A stretch of DNA of 62,492 nucleotides, filler included, from Chthonomonadaceae bacterium (lineage in GTDB: Bacteria; Armatimonadota; Chthonomonadetes; Chthonomonadales; Chthonomonadaceae), in the NCBI GenBank assembly GCA_035650735.1. It is 3 parts of 3 records of this genome, joined end to end, with 100 filler letters (N's around TTAATTAATTAA, not from the genome) between each part and the next. Parts side by side here need not be neighbours in the genome. Positions count along the whole stretch, not along the records: positions 1 to 18,575 come from DASRGZ010000073.1; positions 18,676 to 45,350 come from DASRGZ010000078.1; 1 more part is not named here. One strand, given 5' to 3'. Of this stretch, positions 9,326 through 18,813 are shown piece by piece; within the stretch, counting starts at the first letter, position 1, and each line of letters starts with the position of its first letter. The translations under genes were made by a program, and so were the position numbers. The notes below the pieces were generated by a model. That model saw nothing but the letters and a program-made list of their open reading frames with translations. It did no database searches and was not told the origin of the DNA.

Positions 9326-12300
9326 TTAACTCCACGCGCACAGGCTTTCCACGTAGGCGGCGGAACCGTCGCGCAGCCAGCCATCCAGTTGCGCCTGCTC
9401 CTTGAGCTGCTGGCCGCGCAGGCGCGGCACCGCCACGAACCGGCACTCCAGTTCCGGCAAGGCCGTCATGTCCCCCCAGAGCTTTTCAAACTGCGCCACC
9501 GGGAACACGTCCTCATGCCCGTGCCCCCAGCGTTTTTTGACGTCCTTGAGGGTCACGTAGGTGGGCATACGCGCGGCTACCGTGCGGATTCCGGCAGTGA
9601 CGGCGGCCTCTTCAGAGAGGGTGTCGCGGGTCAGGCCAAAGACGGCCAGCAGCGCGTCAATGGTCACCCAGGTTGTGGAAGAGTTATAGTAGGAGAGCTG
9701 GAATTCGTCCTCTTCGCGCGGCATCGCCAGTCCTTCCACCAGCCGCAGCCGCCCATCCACGCGCGCCAGCCCGCCGCCGCGATCTTCGAGTCGGCGCGGT
9801 GTGACCTCGACGGTGAGAGCGGAACCCCGCTGGATGTGCAGGCCGAGCAGCGCCGGGTCGGCGTCCGCGCCCAGGGTATCAATGTTATGCACCAGCAGGT
9901 ACTTTAGCTGGGGCTGTTCCGCCAGCAGGCGCGCGAGCGTCCCGTTCTTGAGCAGGTTAGGCACCTCGTACCAGTGGCCGACCGGATGGAGGCACTGGCT
10001 GGGAATGTTGTCGGTATAGTCGCTGCCCTCGCCGGCATCGCGCGCCCAGGCGATCAGCGCGGCGTGCAGGCTCGCGCGCACCTTCTGCGCCTGCTCGTCG
10101 AGCACCTGCTGAGGCATCTCCTCCCAGGCAAAGCGCAGGTCGCGCACCATCGGAACCAGGCGCAGGCCGATGGCGCGGCCCGGAGAGAGAATCAGCTGGC
10201 CGTCATAGCCATAATTAGCTTCGGCGGCCAGGTAGGACTCGATGGGCGCGTGCGTGAGGTAGCTGGTGGTGAAGATATGGGGCAGGAAGCGCCCGCACAT
10301 CCGCCCGATGCGCCGGCTCTTGGCCAGGTGCGTCTCGATAAAGGTGCGGTGCCTGCCGCCCAGCCTGGCGAACGGGTGCAGCGCCTTGACCACGCCCGCG
10401 CCCTGCGTCCAGCGGCTGCCCACGCCCGCCGCCAGCGAGACCACCGCCACCGCTCCCTCGGCCAGCGCGTTCAAGCCCAGCGCGCGCATCTCTTCGGTTA
10501 GGCCGCCAACACCGTCATAGACATCGCCCGGCTCGACGTCGCGGATGTCGCTGCTGACCGGCAGGCGGTTCTGCGCCAGGCCGATCCGCCCGCTCTTGAG
10601 GTCGCTGCGGATCTGCTCGTGCTGAACGGGGTCGAAGCCATAGTCGGTTAGCAGGGAGGCTAAGTCCTGTCCGACGCCCTCCTCGCCTCGCACGCGCGGC
10701 AGCAGCCGGTCGAAAAGGGTCTGCACCATGCCGGAGAGTTCCGGGCGCTTGTGACAGGCGGCTCCAAAGGCGTCCAGCTCGGCGCGGCGGGCGGCGGTGA
10801 GGCGGCGCGGGTCCAGGCGCACCAGATGCGGCACGGTCTGCGCGTAGTAGTCCGGGGGCAGGGGCGCGGCGTCGCCGGGCAGCAGTTGGGCATAGGTGCC
10901 GCGCTCGTTGATGGCGAAGTCGTAGACGACCGGCTCCATCGCAAACGGCAGCGCGTTCTCGAAGCGTTTCCGGGCACCCGACATGATCCTTTGCAGGCGC
11001 TCCTGCGCCTCGGCCTTCCGATGGGGAGCGAAGATGAAGCCCATGCCCCCACCGGACATCCCGCCCAGCATCCAGAAGCCCCAGAAATCCTCCCCGAACA
11101 CCTGCCCTACCTCGGAGATGAGCGTCTCCGTATAGAGGTTGCTGGCCCAGGGCACGATGGTCTGGATGGGGCCGAAGAAGTTGCGGGTGGTCGTGGCGCC
11201 GATGGCCGCGATATCGCCCGTGCGCAGATGGGCCAAAATAGCATCCAGAATCTGCCGGGCCTCCTGGCGGGCCGTCCACTCGGCCTCGGAGCGCAGCAGG
11301 TACTTCTCGGTGACCATCTCCAGGATGGGGCCGACGTTCTGCGCCATGCCGCCGTGCACCAGCACCAGGCTCTCCTGGAGCTTTTGCCGGGTTTCCGGAG
11401 AGGCTTCTGTCTTGTCTAGGATGTGGTGCGCGGGCAGCAGGCGGCCCCGGCTAATGCCATATTCGGGATCGCCCTCTTCGGCGACCTGGCCCTGAATCAG
11501 CTTGATGCCCGGCCAGACTCCCCCCGAATCCTGCCAGCCGCCGCCGGAACCGGCCAGCCACTCGCCGAGAATGGCCCGCGCGGCCACCACCCGCCGTTCC
11601 GACTCCTCCAGTGGTCCCTCCAGGCTCTTCATCTGGCCTGTGGCGCGCATACAGACGGCGATGAGCGCCGCCAGCAGGTTGGTCGAGACCGCCAGGCGCG
11701 AACCTTTCGGGATGCCGTTGACATTGCTGATCAGCTCGATTCCATGGCCCGGCCCGACGAGACGTGCCAGCAGGTCGGTCAGGCTCTGCTCGGAGCCTTC
11801 GATGCCGGGCGGCACCAGGCCGGAGGCGATCAGCGCCGCCTTGAGCAGGCCCAGGTAGTCGCGGGCGAAATCGAAGACTTCGCTCAGGTCGGTAATGTCG
11901 GCGGTCGTGGCGAGGTCCACGCTGGCAAGCCGCAGCACCGGCTCATCAAGCACGCGGAAGTAGGCTTCGACGGGAGGCCGGGGGTCGGAGTCGCGGCCCC
12001 GCACCGCCAGGTCAATCGAGACGTTGAGGACGCGCGCGCCCTCCGGGTAGTCCATGCCGAGGAAGAAGATGTCGCTCCAGGCGCTGTGGGTCAGGTCCAT
12101 GCGGACGGGCGTGGCCTCTTTGAGCACCGGGAACGGCGCCTCCGCCGAGGGCCGCTTCAGCAATTCGGGCCGGACGCGCAGCGGCTGATCGTGGGGATGG
12201 CCGACCCGAAACATCCACTGGTTGCCCCGCACGGATCGGACGCTGCGGCGCACCTGGTCGGCGAGCGTCTGGAAGGCAAGGCGATGGTAGGCGGCAGCCA

Positions 12301-12649
12301 GGGCGCTGGAGAGCGTATCGCTAGGGCCGTTCTCGGCCTGCATCTTCAGGAAGAGGCCGATGGCCTCCTCGAAGCGGCGCTCCAGCAGATGCAAATAGCC
12401 CTCAAAGGGAATGCGCCCGTTGATGGGAAAGCCGGGCTTCTCGGGCAGGTGGAAGCGGTGGAGGGCATAGAGAAAGAAGCAGGCGCGCACCCGCTCGTAG
12501 AGGTTATCGCTAGCACGCCGGAAGGCGTCGAGACGGGCGCATTCCGCAAGCAGTTCCTCCAGGGAGGCAGCGCGGCAGAAGGCGTCCAGGGAACGATTGC
12601 GAACTTCCGGTTCGGCGGCGGTGATGATGTCGGTCAGGCGTGGCGTCAT
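9326..12649 (-). CDS. Fusion of a GHMP-family sugar kinase (N-terminal) and a UDPGP-family UTP:sugar-1-P uridylyltransferase (C-terminal)
   Basis: Kinase motifs [22 protein letters not shown] and GGMSGGG. Pyrophosphorylase motifs [23 protein letters not shown] and QFEKLWGD. Confidence 0.82.
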   Translation of the reverse strand: MTPRLTDIITAAEPEVRNRSLDAFCRAASLEELLAECARLDAFRRASDNLYERVRACFFLYALHRFHLPEKPGFPINGRIPFEGYLHLLERRFEEAIGLFLKMQAENGPSDTLSSALAAAYHRLAFQTLADQVRRSVRSVRGNQWMFRVGHPHDQPLRVRPELLKRPSAEAPFPVLKEATPVRMDLTHSAWSDIFFLGMDYPEGARVLNVSIDLAVRGRDSDPRPPVEAYFRVLDEPVLRLASVDLATTADITDLSEVFDFARDYLGLLKAALIASGLVPPGIEGSEQSLTDLLARLVGPGHGIELISNVNGIPKGSRLAVSTNLLAALIAVCMRATGQMKSLEGPLEESERRVVAARAILGEWLAGSGGGWQDSGGVWPGIKLIQGQVAEEGDPEYGISRGRLLPAHHILDKTEASPETRQKLQESLVLVHGGMAQNVGPILEMVTEKYLLRSEAEWTARQEARQILDAILAHLRTGDIAAIGATTTRNFFGPIQTIVPWASNLYTETLISEVGQVFGEDFWGFWMLGGMSGGGMGFIFAPHRKAEAQERLQRIMSGARKRFENALPFAMEPVVYDFAINERGTYAQLLPGDAAPLPPDYYAQTVPHLVRLDPRRLTAARRAELDAFGAACHKRPELSGMVQTLFDRLLPRVRGEEGVGQDLASLLTDYGFDPVQHEQIRSDLKSGRIGLAQNRLPVSSDIRDVEPGDVYDGVGGLTEEMRALGLNALAEGAVAVVSLAAGVGSRWTQGAGVVKALHPFARLGGRHRTFIETHLAKSRRIGRMCGRFLPHIFTTSYLTHAPIESYLAAEANYGYDGQLILSPGRAIGLRLVPMVRDLRFAWEEMPQQVLDEQAQKVRASLHAALIAWARDAGEGSDYTDNIPSQCLHPVGHWYEVPNLLKNGTLARLLAEQPQLKYLLVHNIDTLGADADPALLGLHIQRGSALTVEVTPRRLEDRGGGLARVDGRLRLVEGLAMPREEDEFQLSYYNSSTTWVTIDALLAVFGLTRDTLSEEAAVTAGIRTVAARMPTYVTLKDVKKRWGHGHEDVFPVAQFEKLWGDMTALPELECRFVAVPRLRGQQLKEQAQLDGWLRDGSAAYVESLCAWS

Positions 12650-12721
12650 GCCGCATAGTTCGCCAGACGGCCCTGCGCCTCCTGCTATGCCGTAGGGCCG
12701 TTCCGCTTGCGGTGGTGGGCG

Positions 12722-13591
12722 TCACGCCTGGGGAGCAGTCGCCGGACTCAGTTCTCGCTGGGCCAGAAGCTCCAGGAGGCCGGTCAGCACCTCCTCCCGG
12801 TCCTGGCCGCTCAGCGCCAGCGCTAATTGCGCGGTCAGCAGGCCGTAGCGCACGTCCACCGGGTAGCGCCGCCCCTGCGCCTCCAGCGCCAGATACCGCT
12901 CCCGTTCGGCCAGCTCGGCCAGCACCGGCGAAAGCTGGATGCCGCCCTGTTTGCCCTGCGCCGCCACGTGCCGCTCCAGTATCTCCATCACGGTCGGCGT
13001 GAGGACGTGCATACCGAAGAAGCAGAGGTAGTGCCCCGCGCGCAGGCCGGGCACCATCAGCGATTGCTCAGCTTCCGTGGGCGTTGGCTTCTCAAGGACG
13101 CGCTCGATCTGGTAGAGGCTCTTCGTCCCCGGCACGCGCTGTCCGCCGACCGCGCCGAAGTAAGGCAGAAGGTTCTCGCGCGTGGGTTGCACGCCCGACA
13201 CCGAGCACGCATGCGCCTCGGCGGCCTCCACCAATTGCAGGGCGCAGCCCTTCCCGTCACCGCTCACGTAGACGTGATCGCCGACCATATGCAGGAACGG
13301 CGCGTCCCCGACGAACTCCCGCGCGCAGTAGATGGCGTGCCCGTAGCCGAGCGGTTCCCGCTGCGGCACGAAGCGGAGGCGTCCGGCATGGTCGCCCGCC
13401 GCCTCGCGGTACGCCTCCTCGTCGCCGGGATAGAGAACCACGCAGATGTCCTCGATGCCCGCTCTCAGCGCCTCTTCGACGATGATGCACAGCACCGACT
13501 TCTGCTCGCCGTCGCGGTCTATGAGCGTCTGCAAGGGCAGCGTCCTCTGTTTCCGCGCGGCGGCGGTGATCACAGCTTTGGTCGTCTTCAC
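12722..13591 (-). CDS. GalU/GalF-like sugar-phosphate nucleotidyltransferase family protein
   Basis: Motifs [34 protein letters not shown] and LEKP. The N-terminal Gly-rich motif is degenerate. Confidence 0.8.
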   Translation of the reverse strand: MKTTKAVITAAARKQRTLPLQTLIDRDGEQKSVLCIIVEEALRAGIEDICVVLYPGDEEAYREAAGDHAGRLRFVPQREPLGYGHAIYCAREFVGDAPFLHMVGDHVYVSGDGKGCALQLVEAAEAHACSVSGVQPTRENLLPYFGAVGGQRVPGTKSLYQIERVLEKPTPTEAEQSLMVPGLRAGHYLCFFGMHVLTPTVMEILERHVAAQGKQGGIQLSPVLAELAERERYLALEAQGRRYPVDVRYGLLTAQLALALSGQDREEVLTGLLELLAQRELSPATAPQA

Positions 13592-13621
13592 GGCCTGCGT
13601 TTCCTTCTCAGCAAGGAGGGC

Positions 13622-15007
13622 TTATTCGCCGACATAGCGCTCCAGGTCTTCGCGGGTGATGGTGAACAGATCGCCATCCGGCTTGATGGCGCCGAGGCTG
13701 ACCAGGCACTCGGTAAACAGCTCGCGCGTGCGCTGCTCCAGCTCCTGCATGCCCAGGCTCGTCATGACCTTGATGATGTGCTGGCCGTTACGGACGTGCG
13801 TGCGCTCGTCCGAGCGGATAAAGTCGCTGATATGGGCCAGCAGGGAGTCGTCGCGCTTGCGCGCCTCCTCGATCAGCCCGCCGATGGTCTTGATGACCCC
13901 GATCTCGCCGAACAGATTGATCTCGGCCATGGCGAAGGCAGGTTCCATCGGCCCCCGGCACGTACTGCTGGTCAGGCGATTAGGTAACTCAAAGGGATCG
14001 TAGCCCAGCGTCAGCATCGTGCGGTGGCCGATCTCGGTGTGCCGGGTCTCGTCCCAGGTGATGCGGGCCAGGTAGTACTCAGCCTGGAAATCCTTAAAGC
14101 GGATGTCCCACAGGAACGTGCCGAACGCTTCGATGGCGTCCACCTCGTCGCGCTGCGTGCGGACGAACCGCAGCCGTTCGTCCTCGTAGGAGCCGAGCGG
14201 ATAGCGCGGCTCGCCGTCGGCGAGGTTATAGTCGCCCGTATGGTGGAAGGTAGCAAAGCGGCTATCGCGCAGCGGGACGGTGCCGCGCTCATAGGGCTTC
14301 GTGTCCGTGCGCAGGATGGCGGGCCGGGGCGCGCGCTCATCGGCGCCGGTCACGCCGCCGATATGGGCCAGCAGCCGGGAAAGGTGCCAGCGCCACGTCT
14401 CCAGCCGCGACTCGTCCACACCGCCCTCGACATAGGCGGCAATCGCCTGCTCCGCCCACGCCAGCATGGGCTCGTAGTCGAGCAGAATATGCCGCAGCGT
14501 GCGGATCGTCGGGGCATCGGCGACGGGGCAGGTATCGTCTATATGGTGCCGGTAGGCGACCTCCAGTGCGCGACCCACCACCTGATGCACGCCGACCAGC
14601 AGTTCCGGCGTGTCCTCGGCGGAGAGCATCTCCTCGATAAACGTATCTATCTCCGGGTCGCGGTAGGAGTCGATCTGCTCCAGCCGCTTTTCCTGCTCAT
14701 GCAGCCGCTCGCGCAGGCGGCGCGCGGCGTCGGCATGCCAGAAGATATGCCGCCCGGTTTCCACCTTGACCTCAAACTCCGGGATGGAGAGCGTCCAGGA
14801 GCCCAGTCCCTGCGCCAGCCGCCGCTCGAAATAGAAAAAGCGCAGCAGACGGCGGGCATTTTCGTCCACGGTGAACTTGCCGCCGAGCTTGCGTGGGTCG
14901 CGCGGGAATTTATAGGGAAACTTTGCCCGCCGCTCCGCCGCGGCGGCCCGCTCTTCCGGTCGGGAGACCGGCGGAATGGGAGAGGGGTTTGGAGAAGACA
15001 TCGGCAT
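13622..15007 (-). CDS. Two-domain ferritin-like (DUF455-like) diiron protein
   Basis: The C-terminal domain has E..AIE, WDETRH and SDERTH carboxylate/His motifs. The N-terminal half looks like a degenerate copy. Start at ATG 15007 after AGGA. Confidence 0.7.
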   Translation of the reverse strand: MPMSSPNPSPIPPVSRPEERAAAAERRAKFPYKFPRDPRKLGGKFTVDENARRLLRFFYFERRLAQGLGSWTLSIPEFEVKVETGRHIFWHADAARRLRERLHEQEKRLEQIDSYRDPEIDTFIEEMLSAEDTPELLVGVHQVVGRALEVAYRHHIDDTCPVADAPTIRTLRHILLDYEPMLAWAEQAIAAYVEGGVDESRLETWRWHLSRLLAHIGGVTGADERAPRPAILRTDTKPYERGTVPLRDSRFATFHHTGDYNLADGEPRYPLGSYEDERLRFVRTQRDEVDAIEAFGTFLWDIRFKDFQAEYYLARITWDETRHTEIGHRTMLTLGYDPFELPNRLTSSTCRGPMEPAFAMAEINLFGEIGVIKTIGGLIEEARKRDDSLLAHISDFIRSDERTHVRNGQHIIKVMTSLGMQELEQRTRELFTECLVSLGAIKPDGDLFTITREDLERYVGE

Positions 15008-15061
15008 ATTCCTTTCTTTCTCTTGGGCGGCTGCGGCCTGCCCCGTATGCCGCCCAATAGT

Positions 15062-15090
15062 CAGGTTAAACAGGTTAAATAAGTATACCA
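15062..15090 (-). promoter_or_regulatory. Extended -10 promoter (TGnTATACT) followed by a tandem TTTAACCTG repeat (candidate operator)
   Basis: The minus strand reads TGGTATACTTATTTAACCTGTTTAACCTG, about 55 nt upstream of the start codon. Confidence 0.55.
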
Positions 15091-15301
15091 AATGCAGCCC
15101 ATTCCCCGCTCAGAAGTCAGAATCCTGCCTTGCCAATTTTTACCTGGCAGCGAGACGGAAGGCCCGCGTACGATGAGAAGGCAAGGAGGGTAGCCAAAGG
15201 CAAATTCGGGCAGGCGGATCGGGATGCCTTTTCTCCCGAATGCAGCCTGCCCGGATAGGGGAAAGAGCGGTGAGGCAGAACCGCTTCCGCGCCATCACCT
15301 C

Positions 15302-15382
15302 TCACATGTTGTCGTTAACCATCTTGACTGCACCGAAGATGCACAGGATCGCGATGAGCACCATCACCACAGAAAGAAACAT
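15302..15382 (-). CDS. 26-aa single-TM small protein MFLSVVMVLIAILCIFGAVKMVNDNM
   Basis: Strong RBS AAGGAGAGG before the ATG, hydrophobic helix, and placement in an otherwise empty intergenic gap. Confidence 0.6.
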   Translation of the reverse strand: MFLSVVMVLIAILCIFGAVKMVNDNM

Positions 15383-15658
15383 CGAACCTCTCCTTACGCC
15401 GTGCCCCTGTCCCGAATGCGCGGGACGAATTGTCGCAATACGATTGTTCCATAGGGACACGGTATTCTTCCGAAGAGATTCGGCGCTCTCTTTAAATCCG
15501 GCAGTCCTACCGGGCGCGCTTTCCTCTGCCTGGTAGCGGTGGCGGGCGAATGAATTCGCAGCAACAAAGGCACGAAGTCGCCCTGCGGCGCTAAAGACCT
15601 CACCCCTCTCCTTTGGCAAGGAGAGGGGAGAAAGGAGCTCGCGTCCTCTCCGACAGGC

Positions 15659-16474
15659 TTATCTGCGTTTGCTGTTGATTTTGCGCGATTTTTTCTCCTG
15701 CTGCCGCCGGGCCTTTTTCTTCTGGGAGGCGTGCCCGGAATACGGCGCTGGCCGCTCGAAGAACGGCGGCATCAGCGGAAAAGGCTCAGGCTCCGGTTCA
15801 AGCTCCAGCTGAGGTGGGATCTCGGAGCGCTCCTTCAGTCCCAGTTCTACCTGCACATCGTCCCAATCCCCGGCGATCCATTCATCCACGCAGTTGGCTT
15901 TGAAAGCCAGTTCCATAACGGGCGCCGCCTCCACCGCTTTCAGGTCCAGCAGGGCGGAAACCAGGGAACCGTTGAGATATCCGGCGTCCTGCTCCAACTG
16001 TTCCAATTGGTGCATGAAAATGGCGACGCACTCATCGCGCGCCTCCGGATGCTTCTTTACAATCTCTTCCAGGCAGACTAGAGCGCAGACACGGGCCGAC
16101 TCATCCCGTGCGGTGTCGGCGAGATAGGATTTTAGGGCCGGAATGGCTGCGGGGCCGATATTGCCGAAGGCGGCGGGCATCTCCTCGAAAATCCAGTCGT
16201 CGCCTTCCTCCAGCAGCGGCTCGAACAGGCCCATCAGCGGCTCTATCGCCTCCACCGCGCGCAACTGGCCGAGCGCGCGCCAGGCATGGATAGGCGCCCA
16301 GACTTCGTCGTCCTCTGAGTCGGCCCAGAGGAGCTCCTTATCCGTCGCCATGCGGATAAGGTCGGGAACATGTTCCGGGCGGAGTCCGAGCGCCAGATAG
16401 TCAGGCTGTTTGAGCTCTTCGCGAATATCGCCCAGCGCGAGCAATTTATTTACCGGCGGCGGGTAACTGTCCAT
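15659..16474 (-). CDS. HEAT-repeat / DUF1186-like protein with a basic C-terminal tail
   Basis: WAPIHAWRALGQLRAVEAIEPL, IGPAAIPAL and a KKKARRQQEKKSRK tail. Confidence 0.75.
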   Translation of the reverse strand: MDSYPPPVNKLLALGDIREELKQPDYLALGLRPEHVPDLIRMATDKELLWADSEDDEVWAPIHAWRALGQLRAVEAIEPLMGLFEPLLEEGDDWIFEEMPAAFGNIGPAAIPALKSYLADTARDESARVCALVCLEEIVKKHPEARDECVAIFMHQLEQLEQDAGYLNGSLVSALLDLKAVEAAPVMELAFKANCVDEWIAGDWDDVQVELGLKERSEIPPQLELEPEPEPFPLMPPFFERPAPYSGHASQKKKARRQQEKKSRKINSKRR

Positions 16475-16553
16475 GTTCCCTCCCCTCTCCCGATTGCAAG
16501 GACGAACGGCCTCAGATGTGTCTGAAACGGGGCCGCTCTCGCCTCAAAAGCCC

Positions 16554-17327
16554 CTAGATATGCATCCGCGTCAGGACGCCCTCAAAGGAGCAGTCCACGC
16601 TGTCGTCCCCGCAGACGTAGCGCCACAGTTTGGCCCGCTGCACGTTTTCCGCCCGCGCCATCTCGCCCTGCCATTTGTGCGGAAAGCTGTTTACGATGCG
16701 GCGGACATCTGGATCGTTGTAGCCGTCGGTGTTGAACAGGCCGCGCTGCTCCTGCCCCGGACGCAGGCGCAGCTTGAACATATAGCGCGTCTTGTCGGTG
16801 TAGTTGGGCTGGGCGCAATGCCAGAGGGCCTGATGCAGGAAGGCAATGGTGCCGGCCTTGCCGATAAGCTGCCTCTGCCCGACGATGTTCTTGTAGCGGG
16901 AGATGCTGGCGTTGCTGACGCGGCGCAGGTGGGAACCGGGCAGGATGAGAGTCGGTCCCGTCTCCTTCGGCACGTCATGGGAGAAGTACATCGCCTGGAT
17001 GTCAAAGGCGAGCGGGCGGGCGTCAATGATGGAATCGGCGTGCCAGAACTGCGCCGCATGATGGTTTGGCCCGACGACATGCAGCGCCGAGTGATCATAG
17101 ACCGGGTGCTCGCCGACAAGGCTCTGGAGAATGCCTTTCACCTGCGGCAGCTCGAAAACGGCATGGATGGCCTCCGATTTATCCCAATAGCCCTTGCCCG
17201 CCACCTGATCCGCGTAGACGGCTGCGTTTAACTCCTGCGGAACCAGCCCGTCGAACAGCAAGTACCCATCCACTACGAACTGCGCCATCTGTTTTGCGGT
17301 CAGCAGATACTGTCTGTCAACGCCCAT
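16554..17327 (-). CDS. Phytanoyl-CoA dioxygenase (PhyH) family Fe/2OG oxygenase
   Basis: QFVVDGYL, WHAD (HxD), GPTLILPGSH and LWHCA (distal His). Confidence 0.88.
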   Translation of the reverse strand: MGVDRQYLLTAKQMAQFVVDGYLLFDGLVPQELNAAVYADQVAGKGYWDKSEAIHAVFELPQVKGILQSLVGEHPVYDHSALHVVGPNHHAAQFWHADSIIDARPLAFDIQAMYFSHDVPKETGPTLILPGSHLRRVSNASISRYKNIVGQRQLIGKAGTIAFLHQALWHCAQPNYTDKTRYMFKLRLRPGQEQRGLFNTDGYNDPDVRRIVNSFPHKWQGEMARAENVQRAKLWRYVCGDDSVDCSFEGVLTRMHI

Positions 17328-17610
17328 CTATCTCGACCTTTCTCTCCAGCACGTATTCGTAGGGCAGATGCCCCACCTCATGTTCCTGTCCGCGCACGTA
17401 ATAGGGCAGCGTGGGTATCTGGAGGACGAACCATCCATCCCGCATTGCCTCCAGCACGGAGCGGTACGGCGGCTTGTCCTGGTCGCCGGACTGCATCTGC
17501 CGCTGCCCTTCCGGCGCGGCCCCATCGTAGAGCGCCCAGGCGACCGTTTCCGCGTCCAGATCGGAATGCGCCAGGTGCAAAATTAAAATCTGTTGACGAT
17601 ACTCGCTCAC
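17317..17610 (-). CDS. 97-aa hypothetical protein coupled to the PhyH gene
   Basis: GTG start with a GAGG RBS. Its stop overlaps the PhyH start by 11 nt and its composition is protein-like. Confidence 0.75.
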   Translation of the reverse strand: MSEYRQQILILHLAHSDLDAETVAWALYDGAAPEGQRQMQSGDQDKPPYRSVLEAMRDGWFVLQIPTLPYYVRGQEHEVGHLPYEYVLERKVEIDGR

Positions 17611-17637
17611 ACGCGCTACCTCTCTTGGCCTGAATTA

Positions 17638-18131
17638 GCCCCCACCCCAGGCCCCTTTCCTTGCGAAGGAGAGGAAAGAAGCCCTTACCCCTAGGTTCTT
17701 CCGTTCTCTCTTATCTACCCTCATCCCCGGCCCTTCTCCCTGCAAGGGAGAAGGGGGAAGAGAAGCCAGCATTGCCCCTGCCCGCGTAGGTGTCGCAAGG
17801 CGGAGGCAAGGGCCGTAACCTTGCCGACCCTTGCAGTGGCGCGAACCGTTGCAGCGCCGACCCTGGCAGTCTATTGCAGGCCCGACCCTAGCAGGCAGCA
17901 GACGGCTTGATAAAGAACGCATCTTGCCCGCGTAGGTGTCGCAAGGCGGAGGGCCGAATTATTGCAGGCCCGACCCTGGCAGTCAGCGGGCCTGGCTAGG
18001 CCGAGATCGCCAGGCAGGGCCGCGAACCGTTGAGCGGCGTCCCTGGCAGTCGAGCGAGCGCAGCGCCGACCCTGGCAGCGCCCCACAGCGGCGGGGTTCA
18101 GCCTGCCGGGGGAGGGGCCGGGGGTTAGGTT
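17638..18131. repeat. Composite repeat cluster: CCCTTCTCCC palindromes, CGACCCTGGCAG-family repeats and the AGCGGCGGGGTTCAGCCTGCCGG motif
   Basis: 28-bp direct repeat at 17779 and 17925, about six CGACCCTGGCAG-like units, and homology to 35160-35261 and 39380-39510. Confidence 0.85.
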
Positions 18132-18133
18132 CA

Positions 18134-18575
18134 TTACTTTCCAAACACGAGGATGACAAACGAATTGGGCTCGATGCTAAAGCGGCGCGGCCCGGTCGCT
18201 CCAGCAAGCGGCGGCCCGAAGCGCGCGGTCGCCAGGTAAATGGTATGCGTCCTGGGGTCCAACGCCATCGTGCGCGCCCCTAACTGCGTCGGAACGGTGC
18301 CGACAACGGTGAACGTATCCGGCGACTCTTCTTTCACGACCGTCAGCGTCCCATCGCGGCCATTGGAACTAAAGGCCAGACCCAATTTCGGGTCAAACGC
18401 GCTGGCATCCGGGCCCTTGCCAATCGTAGGCGTCGCTACCACGCGTCCGCTATCGGCATCCAGGACCACCATCTTCTCGTTGCTGCATACAGAGAACAGG
18501 CGCCGATGCTGGCGATCCATCGCGAGGCCCGAAGGCCCCTCGCCAGGCGCTAGCGGCCAGCGATTCTTGACGGTC
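18134..18575 (-). CDS. C-terminal fragment of a YncE/YVTN beta-propeller protein (5' end lost at the contig gap)
   Basis: PLAPGEGPSGLAMD, IGKGPDASAFDP and GARTMALDP repeats; the frame is open into the N gap. Confidence 0.85.
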
Positions 18576-18675
18576 NNNNNNNNNNNNNNNNNNNNNNNNN
18601 NNNNNNNNNNNNNNNNNNNTTAATTAATTAANNNNNNNNNNNNNNNNNNNNNNNNNNNNNNNNNNNNNNNNNNNN
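18576..18675. other. Artificial contig linker
   Basis: N44-TTAATTAATTAA-N44, with stops in all six frames. Confidence 0.98.
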
Positions 18676-18813
18676 GCAGGTGAGTGCGGTTCTGTGCAGT
18701 CAAGGCAAGAACTTGCCTGCAACGGATTCGACACTCTCGCTAAAAAGCGAGCACCAAGCCTCTAATGAGCGGCTGGCCTATCTCCTCAAGAGGACCCAAG
18801 TGCATCACACGCT

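Noticed and set aside
473..14000. Long plus-strand ORFs (for example 473-2203, 3817-5223, 5395-7239, 11423-12658) and the similar minus-strand ORF 26483-28465
   Set aside because: They are antisense shadows of real high-GC genes and show no recognisable motifs.
17779..18080. Recurrent CGACCCTGGCAG units as a possible CRISPR array
   Set aside because: The units are only about 13 bp, the spacing is irregular, the spacers repeat, and no cas genes are present. They belong to a dispersed repeat family.
18576..18675. TTAATTAATTAA palindromes within N runs (also 45351-45450)
   Set aside because: These are artificial six-frame-stop contig linkers, not biology. Neighbourhoods across them were ignored.
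18678..18691. 14-mer AGGTGAGTGCGGTT shared with 57062-57075
   Set aside because: The similarity does not extend, and exact matches of this length are expected by chance in 62 kb.
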